DNA from: Dimorphilus gyrociliatus
Taxonomy: Eukaryota; Animalia; Annelida
Assembly: GCA_904063045.1 (NCBI GenBank)
Contig: CAJFCJ010000011.1
Span: 1,178,001 to 1,242,000 of the forward strand
Direction: 5' to 3'
Length of the DNA stretch: 64,000 nt
This document shows positions 41,616 through 54,548 of this stretch, piece after piece. The position numbers and the translations under genes were made by a program. The stretch's first letter is position 1. Each line of letters begins with the position of its first letter. Below the pieces are notes generated by a model, which was given only the letters and a program-made list of their open reading frames with translations, was not told the origin of the DNA and made no database searches.

Positions 41616-43467
41616 TTAATCATAAGACAAGTATATAGGATTTAATTCTTTAGAAATTCTTTGATATCTTTGATTTTCTAAACCTTTATAAGTTTTAAAT
41701 TCTGATAGAAACTTATCAATATTCTGACTTAGCTCGACAATATGATTTTTGGCGATCTAAAAAATATTTAAATGCTTATATTCTAATTATTTAGATAATA
41801 AAATTTCTTACATATCTAAAGTCTATTAGTTTCTGAAGACAGTAGATTAGTTTGATCGTTAATTCGAATAGTTCAACATCGTATACAGGCTTGGAAAGAT
41901 ATTTTAAAAATCCAAATTTATCTTCAATCTGTCAAAAATGTTTAAGATTTAATTGTAATATAAAATATACTATTACAATTATATTATGTTGCTACTTTAC
42001 CACTGCTAATTCATCTTTACAATATAATATAGTTTCAAGACATTCTTTCAACAGATCGTTGCTGTTTGGATTATTTATAAATATTGTATAGCAGGTAAAG
42101 ATCAAATCTTCTTTCATTTTCGATGAGAAATACACGTCCACTATTTCCATATCCCTTAAAGCTAACAGTAAATTACACATAATAGGATATTCTTCTCTTT
42201 CCACATAAGAATGAATAATAGAAAATTTTCTTGTATTTACTACATCAAGTAGAATCTAAAAGTAAGAGACATATACAAACTATAGGTAATTTTTTTTTTT
42301 ACAAAAATCATACGCCTAATTATTGTTTACCTCTAAAATCGTATCTATGTGAATTCTCTTGAACATTTTAACATTTGAATCAGTGAATATATTTAGTATT
42401 CTTTTATGCCATAATGGTAGCCAATCTTTTAAAAACGCCTTACCCTCCTTACATTCAATATAATAATTTAAAATTGAGTAAATTGTTCTTTGGGGCGTTT
42501 CGTAGACCTTGAAATAAAGTGTTGTGTTATAATATAGATTATAATAAATTAATAGAAACAGACACACCAGTATTAGATCAGAATTATATTGGTGTAATAA
42601 TTCCCAATCTATATTTGTTGCATTGGTAAACAGCAACCCAAGAAATCGTAACTTGTTATGTCTTGATAGGAAAATTCTGTAGTTATGATTTAAAGTTAAG
42701 AATGGTCCACTATTATTTATAATTATAAGTTAATACTCTATTGATTTTGAATCTGGACACCAATGACCAGAGATATTTAAGTGGAGGAGATCAGACCAGA
42801 AAACTGTACTAATTAATTCTATAATTTGATCTGCTTGACTAGAAGTAAAGCTTTGCTGTGATATATCAGCAAAACATAAATTTTTAATATCCTTTAGAAC
42901 GTTTAAGGTTGTACAATTGGCAAAGTTTAGGCAGAAAGATATATCCAAATTTCGCAAATTACAAAGAGTTTTTAAAGGTTTTAGATCATTAATATCTGTT
43001 CTAGAGATATTTAAATCCTCCAAATGACTTAGTTGTTTGCAAATTGTATCGAGGCTAAAATTATCTATATCAGTTGAATTCAAATCCAATGATAAAAGTG
43101 ATTTGAAAGCTCCTAAACATGACAGTTTGTCGTTTTCCGTAGTCCGATTTGTAGCGTTGCTATTTACTATGAGACATTCTCTAAGATGTAATTTTGTTAA
43201 AGTCTTCGAGTTAGTAAATGGCAACCAAGAGTCCAGACTACACGATCTCAGACGTTTAATGCTAAGAAAAGTTATGTCATGATATTGAAGAAATGATAAA
43301 CTTGAAGAAGTTGAAATTCTATGTCCGTGAATCCTTAAACATTTTAATTTACATTTGTCTTTCGAGAATATATCGAGGGCATTTTCATTGATACCAACAT
43401 TTCTGCTGTCGATAAATGATATTAATTCATCGGAAATACTCGCCTCAATCATCAGAGTATAATTCAT
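41616..43467 (-). CDS. ZYG-11/ZER1-like LRR protein lacking an intact BC box (paralog f; possibly pseudogene)
   Basis: Six exons traced in frame from MNYTLMIEASISDEL to NPIYLSYD*; in-frame TAG TGA just upstream of the first ATG; no xLKELxxxxI motif in frame. Confidence 0.65.
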
Positions 43468-43497
43468 AAGTCACTAGTTCACAAATATATTCTTTTT

Positions 43498-43677
43498 TCT
43501 ATATAATAGCATATAAAAGATTTCGTCCGTCCGCCAGTCCGTAGAGCGAAGTAGTCCAATTGTTCAAAAATAAGCAAATGAATAGTGGCTCTACATCGAT
43601 TCTACACTAGAATACGTCCACCGGTTAATCTGGTTATATAAATATTCAAGTTAGATATGGTAAAAACTGATATCTAG
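43498..43677 (+). mobile_element. Possible short non-autonomous Helitron-like remnant
   Basis: Begins TCTATATAATAGCATATAAAAGATTTCGTCCGTCCG, resembling the TC + TATA-rich + GTCC-microsatellite 5' ends of invertebrate Helitrons; CTAG at 43607-43610 and 43674-43677; 3' hairpin weak. Confidence 0.3.
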
Positions 43678-44684
43678 TATAAATTTAATAAAATGTATGA
43701 CAAATTTTTGCATATTGTTATATTAACTCTTTTATAAAAGAACAAAAGATTTTATGTGGGCGATTTCCTGGGAATTCATTGGCGTATAAAAGCATACAAT
43801 ATTTAACTGTCCCATACACTTTTAAGTACCAAATCTGTCTATATCAAATACAACAAGAATAAAATCTATTAGTTAAGATATTAACATAATATACGCAATA
43901 TGTATAATTTAATGGATATAATCTTTAATTTTTGGCTTTTATCAATTTGGGACTATCTCAATACATTTAGTTCAATTGTAATCCCACTCAATGTTATACC
44001 AAAGTAGAACTATAGACTATTTTAGTTGTTTGAGAAAAAGTTAGTATAATACTATAATAGCTATCCTTAACTATTTCTCTTCATATTCAAGTTACCAGAT
44101 AAAAAGAAAGATTGTAATAAAAAAGTTCAAAACTGGCGACTTCAATTTTCGAATTGTTGTCCGAAATCTTTTAAGAATTTCTTATTAAAGAAGAAGAAGA
44201 GTTGCGTAAATTACAAGTACTTAAACTGATAATATTACTAATACTTATATTATCATATAATAGGAATTGTACACTAGTCTTCCTACAATAGATGGCTTTT
44301 TTTTGTAAATATAACAAAATTCTATTACACTCTTCTTATTCTCTTAATCTTTTTATTGAAATAGAATGTAATGGATGAAATTATTAAGTTATTATTTTAT
44401 TTTCCTATATTTAGAATAGAATGAATAATATTTAATTTTATTCAGTGCATAGTTAATTATGTAGATTAAGTTTTTTTTATTTTTTGCATCTAAATACGGA
44501 TCAAAAAAAAAACAAAGAAAAACTATAGTAATTTATTGTCTTTCAGTGTAAAATTAAAAGGTAAAGAGGCGACAGAAGAGAGAGAGAGAGAGAGAGAGAT
44601 GGAAAAGTAATAAAGGAGTTTTGTTTTCTTCTCTTCTTTTCAGTTTTTTTTTAATAAAAAAAGAAAAAAGTAAAAACTCTTTTT

Positions 44685-45787
44685 TCAACTTCTACTACTT
44701 GTTACGGCTTCATTTTTAGTAGGCGTATCTGTTGTTGTTTCTATACCAACGCGATTTATGCGCCGTCTTAACGTAGCCCACAGTTTTTGAACTTGTCGCC
44801 GAAAATGATTATTGTATAGAACGAATATAAAAAAATTCGCCGACGCATTAATTGATATAGCAGCAACGGCGAATCCATAAATATATGAGTAAGGTCGTTC
44901 ACATTCCGTTATAGCATCTTTTGACAAAACTGCTACCAGTATTCTTCTTATTCCGTTAATCAATTGAGTTATAATATAGATAAGATTAACAATGATCATG
45001 GATTTTGTTAATCCCGATTTTTTACTTCTTGTTGTTGTTTTTAATCTCTATAAAGAAGGTTTATTGAAAAATTAGTAAATTTTTAAATCAATATCTATAT
45101 TTATAGGATTTTTAGGTAAACAACCTTAATTATTAACCCTGTCATAGACGTTACTGTTATTATTGGTGTAGCAAGTTGAATGACCCAATATTGAACGGTA
45201 ACATAAGTAGCATAATATGATTTTTTCTTCATATCTGATGGAGAGACAATCCAATGACCTTTTTCTTTTACGTATTCTGGTTCGTATTCCCAACTTCTAG
45301 TTATATTTATAGAATAGGCAAAGACAAATATAAATGCTTGAGCAATTAAAGTTGTTCTTCTTGTGATTTTCGAAGAATGATGAGGTAAACATACTGCAAT
45401 ATATCTTTCAAAAGTTATAATTATCATATGCCAACTGCTAGCCATTAAAGATCCCGTTAGTATTGGAGAAAAAACCTTTTGACTTACGCTAATATAACCA
45501 TACGTGTCAAGAGGAGACATTCTCTGATTAGCCAACTTAGATGAGTATCTAAACAAGTCAATATAGGATAGAACAACTGAATGTGATAGTAAAAAAAGAG
45601 TATCCGCTATCTCCAGACCAATTAACATACAAGTTGTGCTATTTTTCACTTTATCAAGAAATAATGCCACAATAGCAATAATATTCACGCTAATACCAAT
45701 AAGATTGACTAAACTTAACGATATACCAACAACTATAAAACCAAATATTTCGCAGCTATGCCATTCATCCGTCAAGTTTGCTGCCAT
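44685..45787 (-). CDS. Class A peptide GPCR, FMRFamide-receptor-like, 341 aa
   Basis: Two exons (45787-45125, 45047-44685; 77-nt phase-0 intron); seven hydrophobic segments, ITFERYIAVC (DRY-like), INASANFFIF in TM7. Confidence 0.85.
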
Positions 45788-48700
45788 ATCTCCTTCTCCT
45801 TTTCTCCTTCCTTCACAAGTCTTTTTTTATACCCCACTCCTTTTTCTATTTTTCTCCCTTGCGCGTGCGCTCTCTATCTATCTCTATCTTTTTCTCTATA
45901 TTAGCCTCTTTGCGTTTCTTCACCTTTCTCAATAGAGATGCTCCCTTTTTTTTCACATGCAACTGTATAATTTAACCCTGTGACGTCATAGGAACAAACT
46001 AAATAGCTTATAATCATAGTCTTTTTATTAGAAAACTTATTAAAACAACGAACATGTATGTTTTAGAAGAGTTATCATTGTAATATCTTTGTTCTTGATG
46101 TATTTGAAGTATAAATACATTAGAGATAATTAGACACATTAGTCAATTAATTTAGTCAAGTTTTTAGTTAGATAAAGAGGACCTTTTATTTTATTTTTCA
46201 ATTGTATTATGTTCTGTAGACTTCAATATCTCATTTATTTATTACATATTTCATAAATACAAATAGGTGAAGGATGATATTTTATCGATCATTTATGATA
46301 GTCTATTCTTCTTTATTCTATGCTACTAACCTTTTCTTATTTTCCATATTAATAATAGGCTTAAGTTAATTATTTTTCTATAGTTCAATTCATCAAGAGA
46401 TAAGATTTGAGGGAAATTATATTTAAGAACTAATAAAGTACGTGATATGTTTCATCTCCAATAGAATAGCGATGCGAAGAGTAGCAAGTAGCTTAATTAA
46501 CGAGTGTAGTAAGAGTTTGTTTCTAATGCAAACGTCATCAAAGTTAATAAATAAAGCTATATACTGTATATCTAATTAGTATTCATTAGTATATAAATTT
46601 ATAGTTATGCTTTCAGTAGTCGTTCATTCATAAAGCGATATAAACAATTGATACAAAGGAAGCATTGAAGTAAATTAGAGGGTAAAGCTATTTTAATGAA
46701 AATTTAATGGCATTTCACTTCAAGTATGATTTATTTAAGTAATATTATATATATAAATAATACAAACTAAACCTCAATAATTGTATTATTCTTTATTCTA
46801 GGAAGGTTTCTCATATTACTTAAGAACAGAGAAGAAGCTCTTTGTTTAATTAATAATAATAAAAATGTGAATAAAGATGAGAGGTAACATTTGAAATCAT
46901 GCATAAAAATCTCTATAATCCCTCTATTTCCCTTACTCTTGATATCTTACTTTAATTAGTTCCAATTAATTAATTGCCTAATTTAATATGCTTTCTTTTA
47001 TTTTATCTATTACAATAAAAAATTCTCATGATGTAAGGGAAAATAATTCTATTGGTCGTATCTATTCGCTTCGCATTGCCAATTTTTTCTGCTGACTTTT
47101 CAATACTGTAGTCCCAGTTTCTATGCTAATATTTCTTTTTTAACATATTACACCTATTGCACCAATTATCGTATTCTATTATTTATGGATGATTACGTGA
47201 GTACTAACGAAGTACTGAATTACTGTATATAATGCTTTATCCGTTTCATAGATGACTTGAATTAGAAGCTCTCTCTTTCTCTCTCTGTCTCTTTAGTGTT
47301 TTTATCTTTACTTCAAATAGTATTTATTATAGAATATCTTCAAAATAGTAAAGATAATATTATTAAAATAAAATTACCTAATATGACCCTTTTTTCTTTA
47401 TTTACCTTAATAACAAAGTCATTTTTTCACATACCTTAACGCGTCTTTTTTTGCAGGGTGTTTCCTGTAAAAAATTATCTGATGAATCTATAAATATTAT
47501 CCAAAAAACGACAAACACGTAGCCAGAAGTTTGTAAACAGTATTTATTGCTGCTATATCAAAATGTAGGAGTGAGTATGAGTGAAAATAAACAGGGAAAT
47601 GGTAATGTTCCATTAAAAGGAATGATTAATTATATACATACATTAAATCATCAGTAGTATAAAAGGGAAATTTTAGAATATAATAAAAAGAATCGAGAGT
47701 AGCGTCTAAAATCTCTCTCCCTTTTCAGATATGAGATAGCACCTTAGCCTAAGCAGATAACATAAATAAATAGAAGAAAATTATAAAAGAGATTTCTCTA
47801 GTTGTTTAATTTTGTTATTTTATCATGTATTTCTATGTCGTTTTATCCAAAGTTGGGTAGTTGGGTAGGTTGTACTTGGTAAATAAGTTAATATATAAAG
47901 GAATCAACTTTGTCACTTGAATAATTATTCATACATATTTAATATTTTTAATGTATTCCTCTTTATTTTAATTATTTTCTATATGTTTCTAGTTAAAAGG
48001 TGTCAATATTTCCATTGTTAAATATAATTAACCTAACTTGGGCAAATAGGCATTCATTAGCATAGGGTGTACTGTACTCAGAGTTTCTCTATTATTTTAA
48101 AGCATCTTAGTTTCTATCACTATAGTATTCTGTGATATACTAGACGATTTATCGATTTAGGTGATCAATTTATTGATAGTTTGTTCCGAGTGGACAAAGC
48201 CGAGTATTTATAAATTAACTATGAAAGACTTGAATTACTTCATCTTAAAGGCAATTATTACAGTTTCTAGTTAATTTTTTAATTTATATCAAAAAATGCT
48301 GACTAGTGATTTTTCTTCTTAAATAATAAAATTATTCTTTTATCGTCTATAAAAACTTGTGGTAAAAGGTCAAATATCTTTACAAATTGTCAATTTCTTT
48401 TCATATCTTCACGGTTATAGTGCAAAAAAATAAAAGATGATCTTAACCGAAAAAGGAACGTAGCGCAAAATAAACTTATCATTGGAAAGTCCTTTTAGAC
48501 GCCCTCTATGCAAGGTTATCATCACTTTTAAAGTCAATGATCAACAGAACTCTTCACTTAAATAATGAAGCTTTGAAAGTAAACTTTCCATTGGAGACCT
48601 CAAATAGATAAACAGAAAAGTATCGATTGACATATTATAAAGGGATAGGATATAGAAGAGAAGATAGAATACCAGAATATCTTAAAATAACTAACCTTTC

Positions 48701-51700
48701 AAGTGAAGTCAAAAAAATTCCCGGACATTTGCTCTTTGTCATTTCATTTGTGTATATCTACTAAATGATACATTTATTAAATATCCAACTGCATATTTTT
48801 CCAATATACATAAATGTGTTAGAAAATTATTTAACAAAAAAGGTTCTCCTTGCTGATTGGTTGAATTCTATCTATTTTCAATTAGACGCGTTATAATTCA
48901 ATTTTCCTACCTAGAATATGTAACTAGTTATAAATAGCTCTATATTAGAACTAACTATATCAAATATACCACAGTAAGATTTTCTTTTTCTATTGAAAAC
49001 GATACACATCATCTACTAAACAATTGTTAGATAATGAAATTTAACGCCATCTATGTTTACCCTAATCCAGAGCTGCAATATTTACTAGACGTTCGAAGAA
49101 AATGCCCTCGATTCGATTTACTAAATAATCATACTATTTAATTAAATTTAAATACCATAATAGTTCTTATAATGATAAAGAAACATGAAGTAAAAAGCTC
49201 TTTAGTAGTTATACACTGTACGTATATACAGTAAAAATGGAATATTGTATACTGTATGATACTGTATACAATATACAATTGCACAGTATCCGTTTTAACT
49301 GTATATACTGTCTATACATTATAATATATTTTGATAGGAAATGGTAATATTTTAGTAGTAACTATATAAAGGAATAGAAAACACTTTGCCTCTATTTTCT
49401 TCCTTTTTCTTTAAATTAGATACAGTTTAATAATTAATTAGATAACAAATTTTTTCCCTCTAGCTATATTCATAAGTTTGACTGATAACGATTAATCTTT
49501 ATTTATTAATGATCATCTTGTAGAATATTGACGAAATTAATCTATTTAAAGATGAAAAAGAAATGTTTCTATATACATTTAAGCTTAAGAAATTGGTATG
49601 AAAGCGATTGTTGAAATGAAATTGCTCGTTAAGAGCTTTTATTAAATAGTAACATTATTCTATTTTAGTTTAATACATTAGCTATACTGTATAAAATAAT
49701 TTAAGTGTACAATACGTACAATACTCCTTGGTTGGTGAAAATACGTCAAAAATAACATTTAGTGGCATCTTAAAGAAGATACAAATATATATACGAAATC
49801 TATATAGAAGAAGGTTATTAAACTTTTACCTAAATACAGTAAACTAGCCTGATTCATAGAAATATAATAAATACTTTCTTAGGTTAATTTCTTAGGAAAA
49901 CGCTCTTTACTACTTTGAATAGAGGTTTTATAAGGCAAAAATACAATATACAACTTTGTAAATAGATATATTAATTCCTAGAATGAGAATTCTTAATTAT
50001 TGAATAAGATATTACGATGGTTTTGTTTATTAAGTCAAACTATTGAAAACTGTTTGTAACTGTGTAGTTAGCTAATTGATTATTGTATCTGGAATAGATA
50101 GTAAAATTTTAGAATAAGACTTTAGGATAGCGATAGAGTAGGGAGTTGAGAATGTCAGATTGTCTTTATCAAAAATGAGTAGTTAGTATCTCATATTTCA
50201 AAAATTATTTTGTAAAAGGAAACCTATCCTTTTTAGAAAAAGAATCTATTAATTCCTGTTCTAAAAGGAAATGTCTCCTTTTCAATGATAAGAGTGAAGC
50301 GCTCCAAGTTGTCACACGTCTAAAATAACTCTAAGGATTGCTTATAAAACTATTTAGAAAGGTGTTCTGCAATCGTTTCAAATTTAATTATAATAGGAAA
50401 TAACACCATTTTTAAAACTAGTTCAAGATAATAAATACAATAAATAAAACTTTATTTGCATTAAAATTGCCAAATACTCTTTAACCACCTACCTACCCAT
50501 TTTAATTCAACAAGAATAACACCAAAACGTGGGCGCTACCTACGCATAAGGTGATCCTTAAAGAAAAGAATACTACTTCAATGTAACTTTTCGTTAGAAG
50601 TAGCTGAAAAAGAAAAAAAATAATAAAGTGTTAACTTCTATAATATTATATAATTTAAGAGTAATTTTGTTTTTCTTTCTTTTACACGAAATAGAAGAAA
50701 GAGAAGAACAATTGAAAAAAATCAATTTTCAGTACATTTTAAATAGTCTTTATAATATATAATTATGGTTATTCATATTTTCTTCTATATGGGTATATTC
50801 CTCCATTAAAATTGAAATGTAATTTGAGGGTAAGAAACCTAAAATAACAAGTACCCTTTCTACCCTTAGCTTCTTTATATTTTTAGACTAGACAGCGGCA
50901 TCTTCTTTAATTAATAGAAAGATATTTTTTTACTTGGGTTCTTTATAAGCATCATTCAGCCTACATAAACATTTAATGTCTCTGTAGATGGGATAGTTAC
51001 GGATAGATTATTTGGGATATTGAAAATGGAAGAATTGTACAAAGATGTTATTGTTTCATTTTTGTTCAATAAAATAAGAGAGAAATTTGTGTTTGCTATA
51101 TGACATTTATCATATAATTCTATTTATAGTTTAATTAAATAAAGGATTACTTTTATTCTATATAATAAAAAACTTACCTTAAATATTTGAGTTTAATACG
51201 ATTTCGTGGAAATAGTCTTAAGAATGAAAATCGATTTATCAATAATACTATTATGCCATATACAAAATAAATATCTTTACAATAATACTTCATTCTTATT
51301 GGTTAACCAATAAACAGGAAGATTTAAAAAATATAGTAAACTTTTAGGGCTAGTATCCTCCAATATAAATTAGATTTCTTAATGATAATTAGATAAATTC
51401 TCTATATCAATATTTCATAAATGTTTGATTTATAAACTTTCCAGGGGATGACTATTTAAACAGCTAATTTCAGCGATATTTGTTCAATTGAACAGCTTTG
51501 AGGCAATATTTTCAAATCTATTCAAGTATCTTCAGTTAATCATGTATTGTTCAATCTTTCCAAATTGTTAATTAGTACTCGAGTGGGACAGCTCCTCTAG
51601 ACATTCATTTTTCCATGAATGCAGCTTATATACATTAATTAATTATTTATTAGCTCTTGTTTCTTTATTATTCTTTAAGTTATCATACTCTGTTGACCTT

Positions 51701-52185
51701 GCGAGTTTTAGATAATAATCCTGTTGATTAACAAATCTTCTAATAATCTTTCACACAAAGTACTATAAGTCACTTTAATCAACAGCAACTTCTTTACAAT
51801 AATCTTTATTTAAAATAAAAGAAGGACTATTCTTTAAAACATCAAATTTCCTCGCTATTGTTAATCAATAATACCACCTTCACTTAATAAATAAACTTTA
51901 AAAATAAAATCTGATTGAACATGTGTTTCATTCAGCTTACTGTCAGAAAATCAACTACAAATAAACATGCAGTGTATCATCAATTTACAAATCGATATAA
52001 TAGTATTAAATCTATTAGGGAGAACGTTAAAAAACGTATATTTAATTAAACAAATGTCTAATATTAAAAACCAACTTATCCAAAACAATAAAAGTTAAAT
52101 TCTAAAATCAGCTAACTGCTTCAACTGCAATTTTTTAAATTATTTGATCAGGTGCTTGTTTAAAAATTTCAATTAAAAACTTTCG

Positions 52186-52193
52186 TATAAAAG
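52186..52193 (+). promoter_or_regulatory. Putative TATA box of ADAMTS-like copy 2
   Basis: TATAAAAG ~50 nt upstream of the ATG at 52243. Confidence 0.55.
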
Positions 52194-52242
52194 GCCAAAA
52201 ATATTTTAGAGAGACAGAAGCAATCTTCTTCTCCAATTTAAA

Positions 52243-54548
52243 ATGAAGTGTTTTATTTCATTGTTGTTTATTGGCTTTATTGCTGCAGTTCCAATTCGTT
52301 TGTATCACTCTATCATTAAGTTTCGCACTTAAAACTTGAACACTCATATTGAAATTGAGTTTACTTTTGTATTTCAGAGGAAAGAACTGTTAAATTGGAA
52401 AATTTCAGAAGGGTTCGTCGATCTGTTGGCGAAGAACATGAGATTCATGTAAATGTTCCTCTTGAAAAGAATACACTCCAACTTAGACTAAAGAGAAATA
52501 CCAACATTAATCCCAACATGAAAATCTCCTTTGCCGGCGGCGAAGATGCTCAGGGATATTTGGAAGGTGTTCAAGCCTATCAAGATTTAAACACTGGTGC
52601 TGCTGTTATGGTAACTGAAAAAGTAGAAAACGGAAGAGTTAGAAGATTTATCGAAGGAAAATTTGAAAATGAAGGTTTGGAAGTCTCTATTGCTCCAAAA
52701 CAAAATGGCGGAGAGGATGAGCACGTTGTTGGTGTTCCCGGTCCACAAGCTCAAGCGTTCGACGCCCAAACCGAAATGGTCACCATTGATGATTTGGAAA
52801 GTAGAGTTAAAAGATCAATCTCCAAACCTCATTATCATATAGAATCTGCCGTTTTCGTTGACTATACAGTCTGGAACTATTTCCTCCAGTCTTCCGTAAC
52901 AAATGGACAAGATGATACTGTTAAAAACATTAGATACTACTACAGTCAAATCATGAACGGAATTGACATGGTCTACAGAAGAATCAACGATCCAAGATTC
53001 ATGATGTCGTTGTTTGTGAAAAAGTTCATCATCTTCAGAAACAGAGGCGAATGTCCCTTTACTGATGGACCAGCTCCACTGAATATGCCTGATCACGAAG
53101 GAAGACAAGTTATTAATGCAACAACGTCACTTTCCGAAATCTCTAAATGGATGGACAATACCGAAAACACTGGTGGCGAAGATTGGATGTCTTGGGATCA
53201 TACTTTTGTATGGACAAAGAAGGATATCTACGGTGCCGGATACAGCACAATTGGATTCGCTCCAGTTGGAGGTGTATGCTCAAGAAGAGGTATCTCCATC
53301 AACGAAGATCTTGGTTTAGACTCGTGGAAGACTGCCGCTCATGAATTGGGACATAATCTTGGCTCTCCCCACGATGGCTCTGGCCCAAACACAGCCTGCG
53401 CAGCCAGTGTTCAGAATGTCATGACTCCAACACTTACTTATTACACAGTCAGTCAACTAAAGAATGCCTTTGTTCTTAGTCAATGTTCCATCAACTCAAT
53501 CTATAACACAATCACCGGAAATTCGCAAAATGGCTTCCCGAGAGTGTGTCTGATGAACAAGGTTTGCGGACACGGCGCATTTAACAGCGATGACATTCTG
53601 AAAGATTCAGCTTATGCTGGCGAAAAGTACTCTTTGACTGAGCAATGCAAATTGAGATTTGGAAATGACGCCGTTGCCAATGATCGCGGATGTTCGGCTT
53701 CTGAAAAGGACGACGTTTGTCACCGTTTAGTTTGTCGTGTGGGAAACTTTTGTAAATACGAAGAGCCCGGCGCAGAAGACGGAAGTTCATGTGGTAGTGG
53801 AAAAGTTTGCTTAAAAGCTCGATGCGTTGCGGAAAGTCAATTGGCTCATTACAAAAGAGAGTCTCACAATACTGAATGCACATCCGGTTCTGTTCTGGAT
53901 AGATCAGTTGGATCGAACTGTAACGATAGCCCGGTGAATGTTCCAGTCAACTATGGAAGTTATGTTAGAACTTTTACATCATGCGGAGAACTTGCTGGAG
54001 AAATGCCTCATGTTTGTTTTGGAAATTTCTTTTCAACTTGTTGCCGATCTTGTAGTATGAAAGGTTTGAAAGCTTCAAACAATAACATCGCCGAATCTTC
54101 TTCTCCATGTGAGCCAAATCCATGCAAGAACGGAGGTGTATGTCGCCAGTACGGAAATTCAGAATATGCTTGCGAATGTGTTGTAGGATTTGAAGGGAGA
54201 AATTGCAATGGCGACGAAGGACCAGCATCAACAACAGCTGCAACCACTACAGCAACGACAACAACTACTACTACAACTGTAGCTCCAACAACAACAACTA
54301 GAACTACCACAACTACTACCACTACTGCAGCTCCAACAACAACAACAAGAGCTACAACAACTGCTGCAACAACAACTACAAGCGGAGGATCATCTTCATG
54401 TACAGATACAAATCGATATTTCTATTTAAGAAACAAAAATGGTCAAGTATTTGCTTTGGTGAATTGTGCTGGAGGCGCAAAATATTATGGGGCTAATTTC
54501 TGTAATGCAGTACGAAATGTTTGTTGTTTATCTTGTCGAGGAATTTAA
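52243..54548 (+). CDS. ADAMTS-like secreted zinc metalloprotease (M12B), copy 2, 741 aa
   Basis: Exon 1 52243-52297 (MKCFISLLFIGFIAAVPI), intron 52298-52377, exon 2 52378-54548; same domains as copy 1. Confidence 0.93.
52270..54544. repeat. Right arm of the ~2.28-kb inverted repeat (partner 10284-12558)
   Basis: Reverse complement of the left arm, including the 80-nt intron. Confidence 0.95.

Noticed and set aside
46450-47090. Shared CCAATAGAAT and ATGCGAAG words in inverted orientation at ~46458 and ~47047
   Set aside because: Order of the words is not colinear, so terminal inverted repeats of a MITE cannot be supported.
51400-51850. Possible decayed LRR/zyg-like remnant on the minus strand
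   Set aside because: Multiple stops and only vague L-rich similarity; orientation does not fit the mirror counterpart of paralog a.
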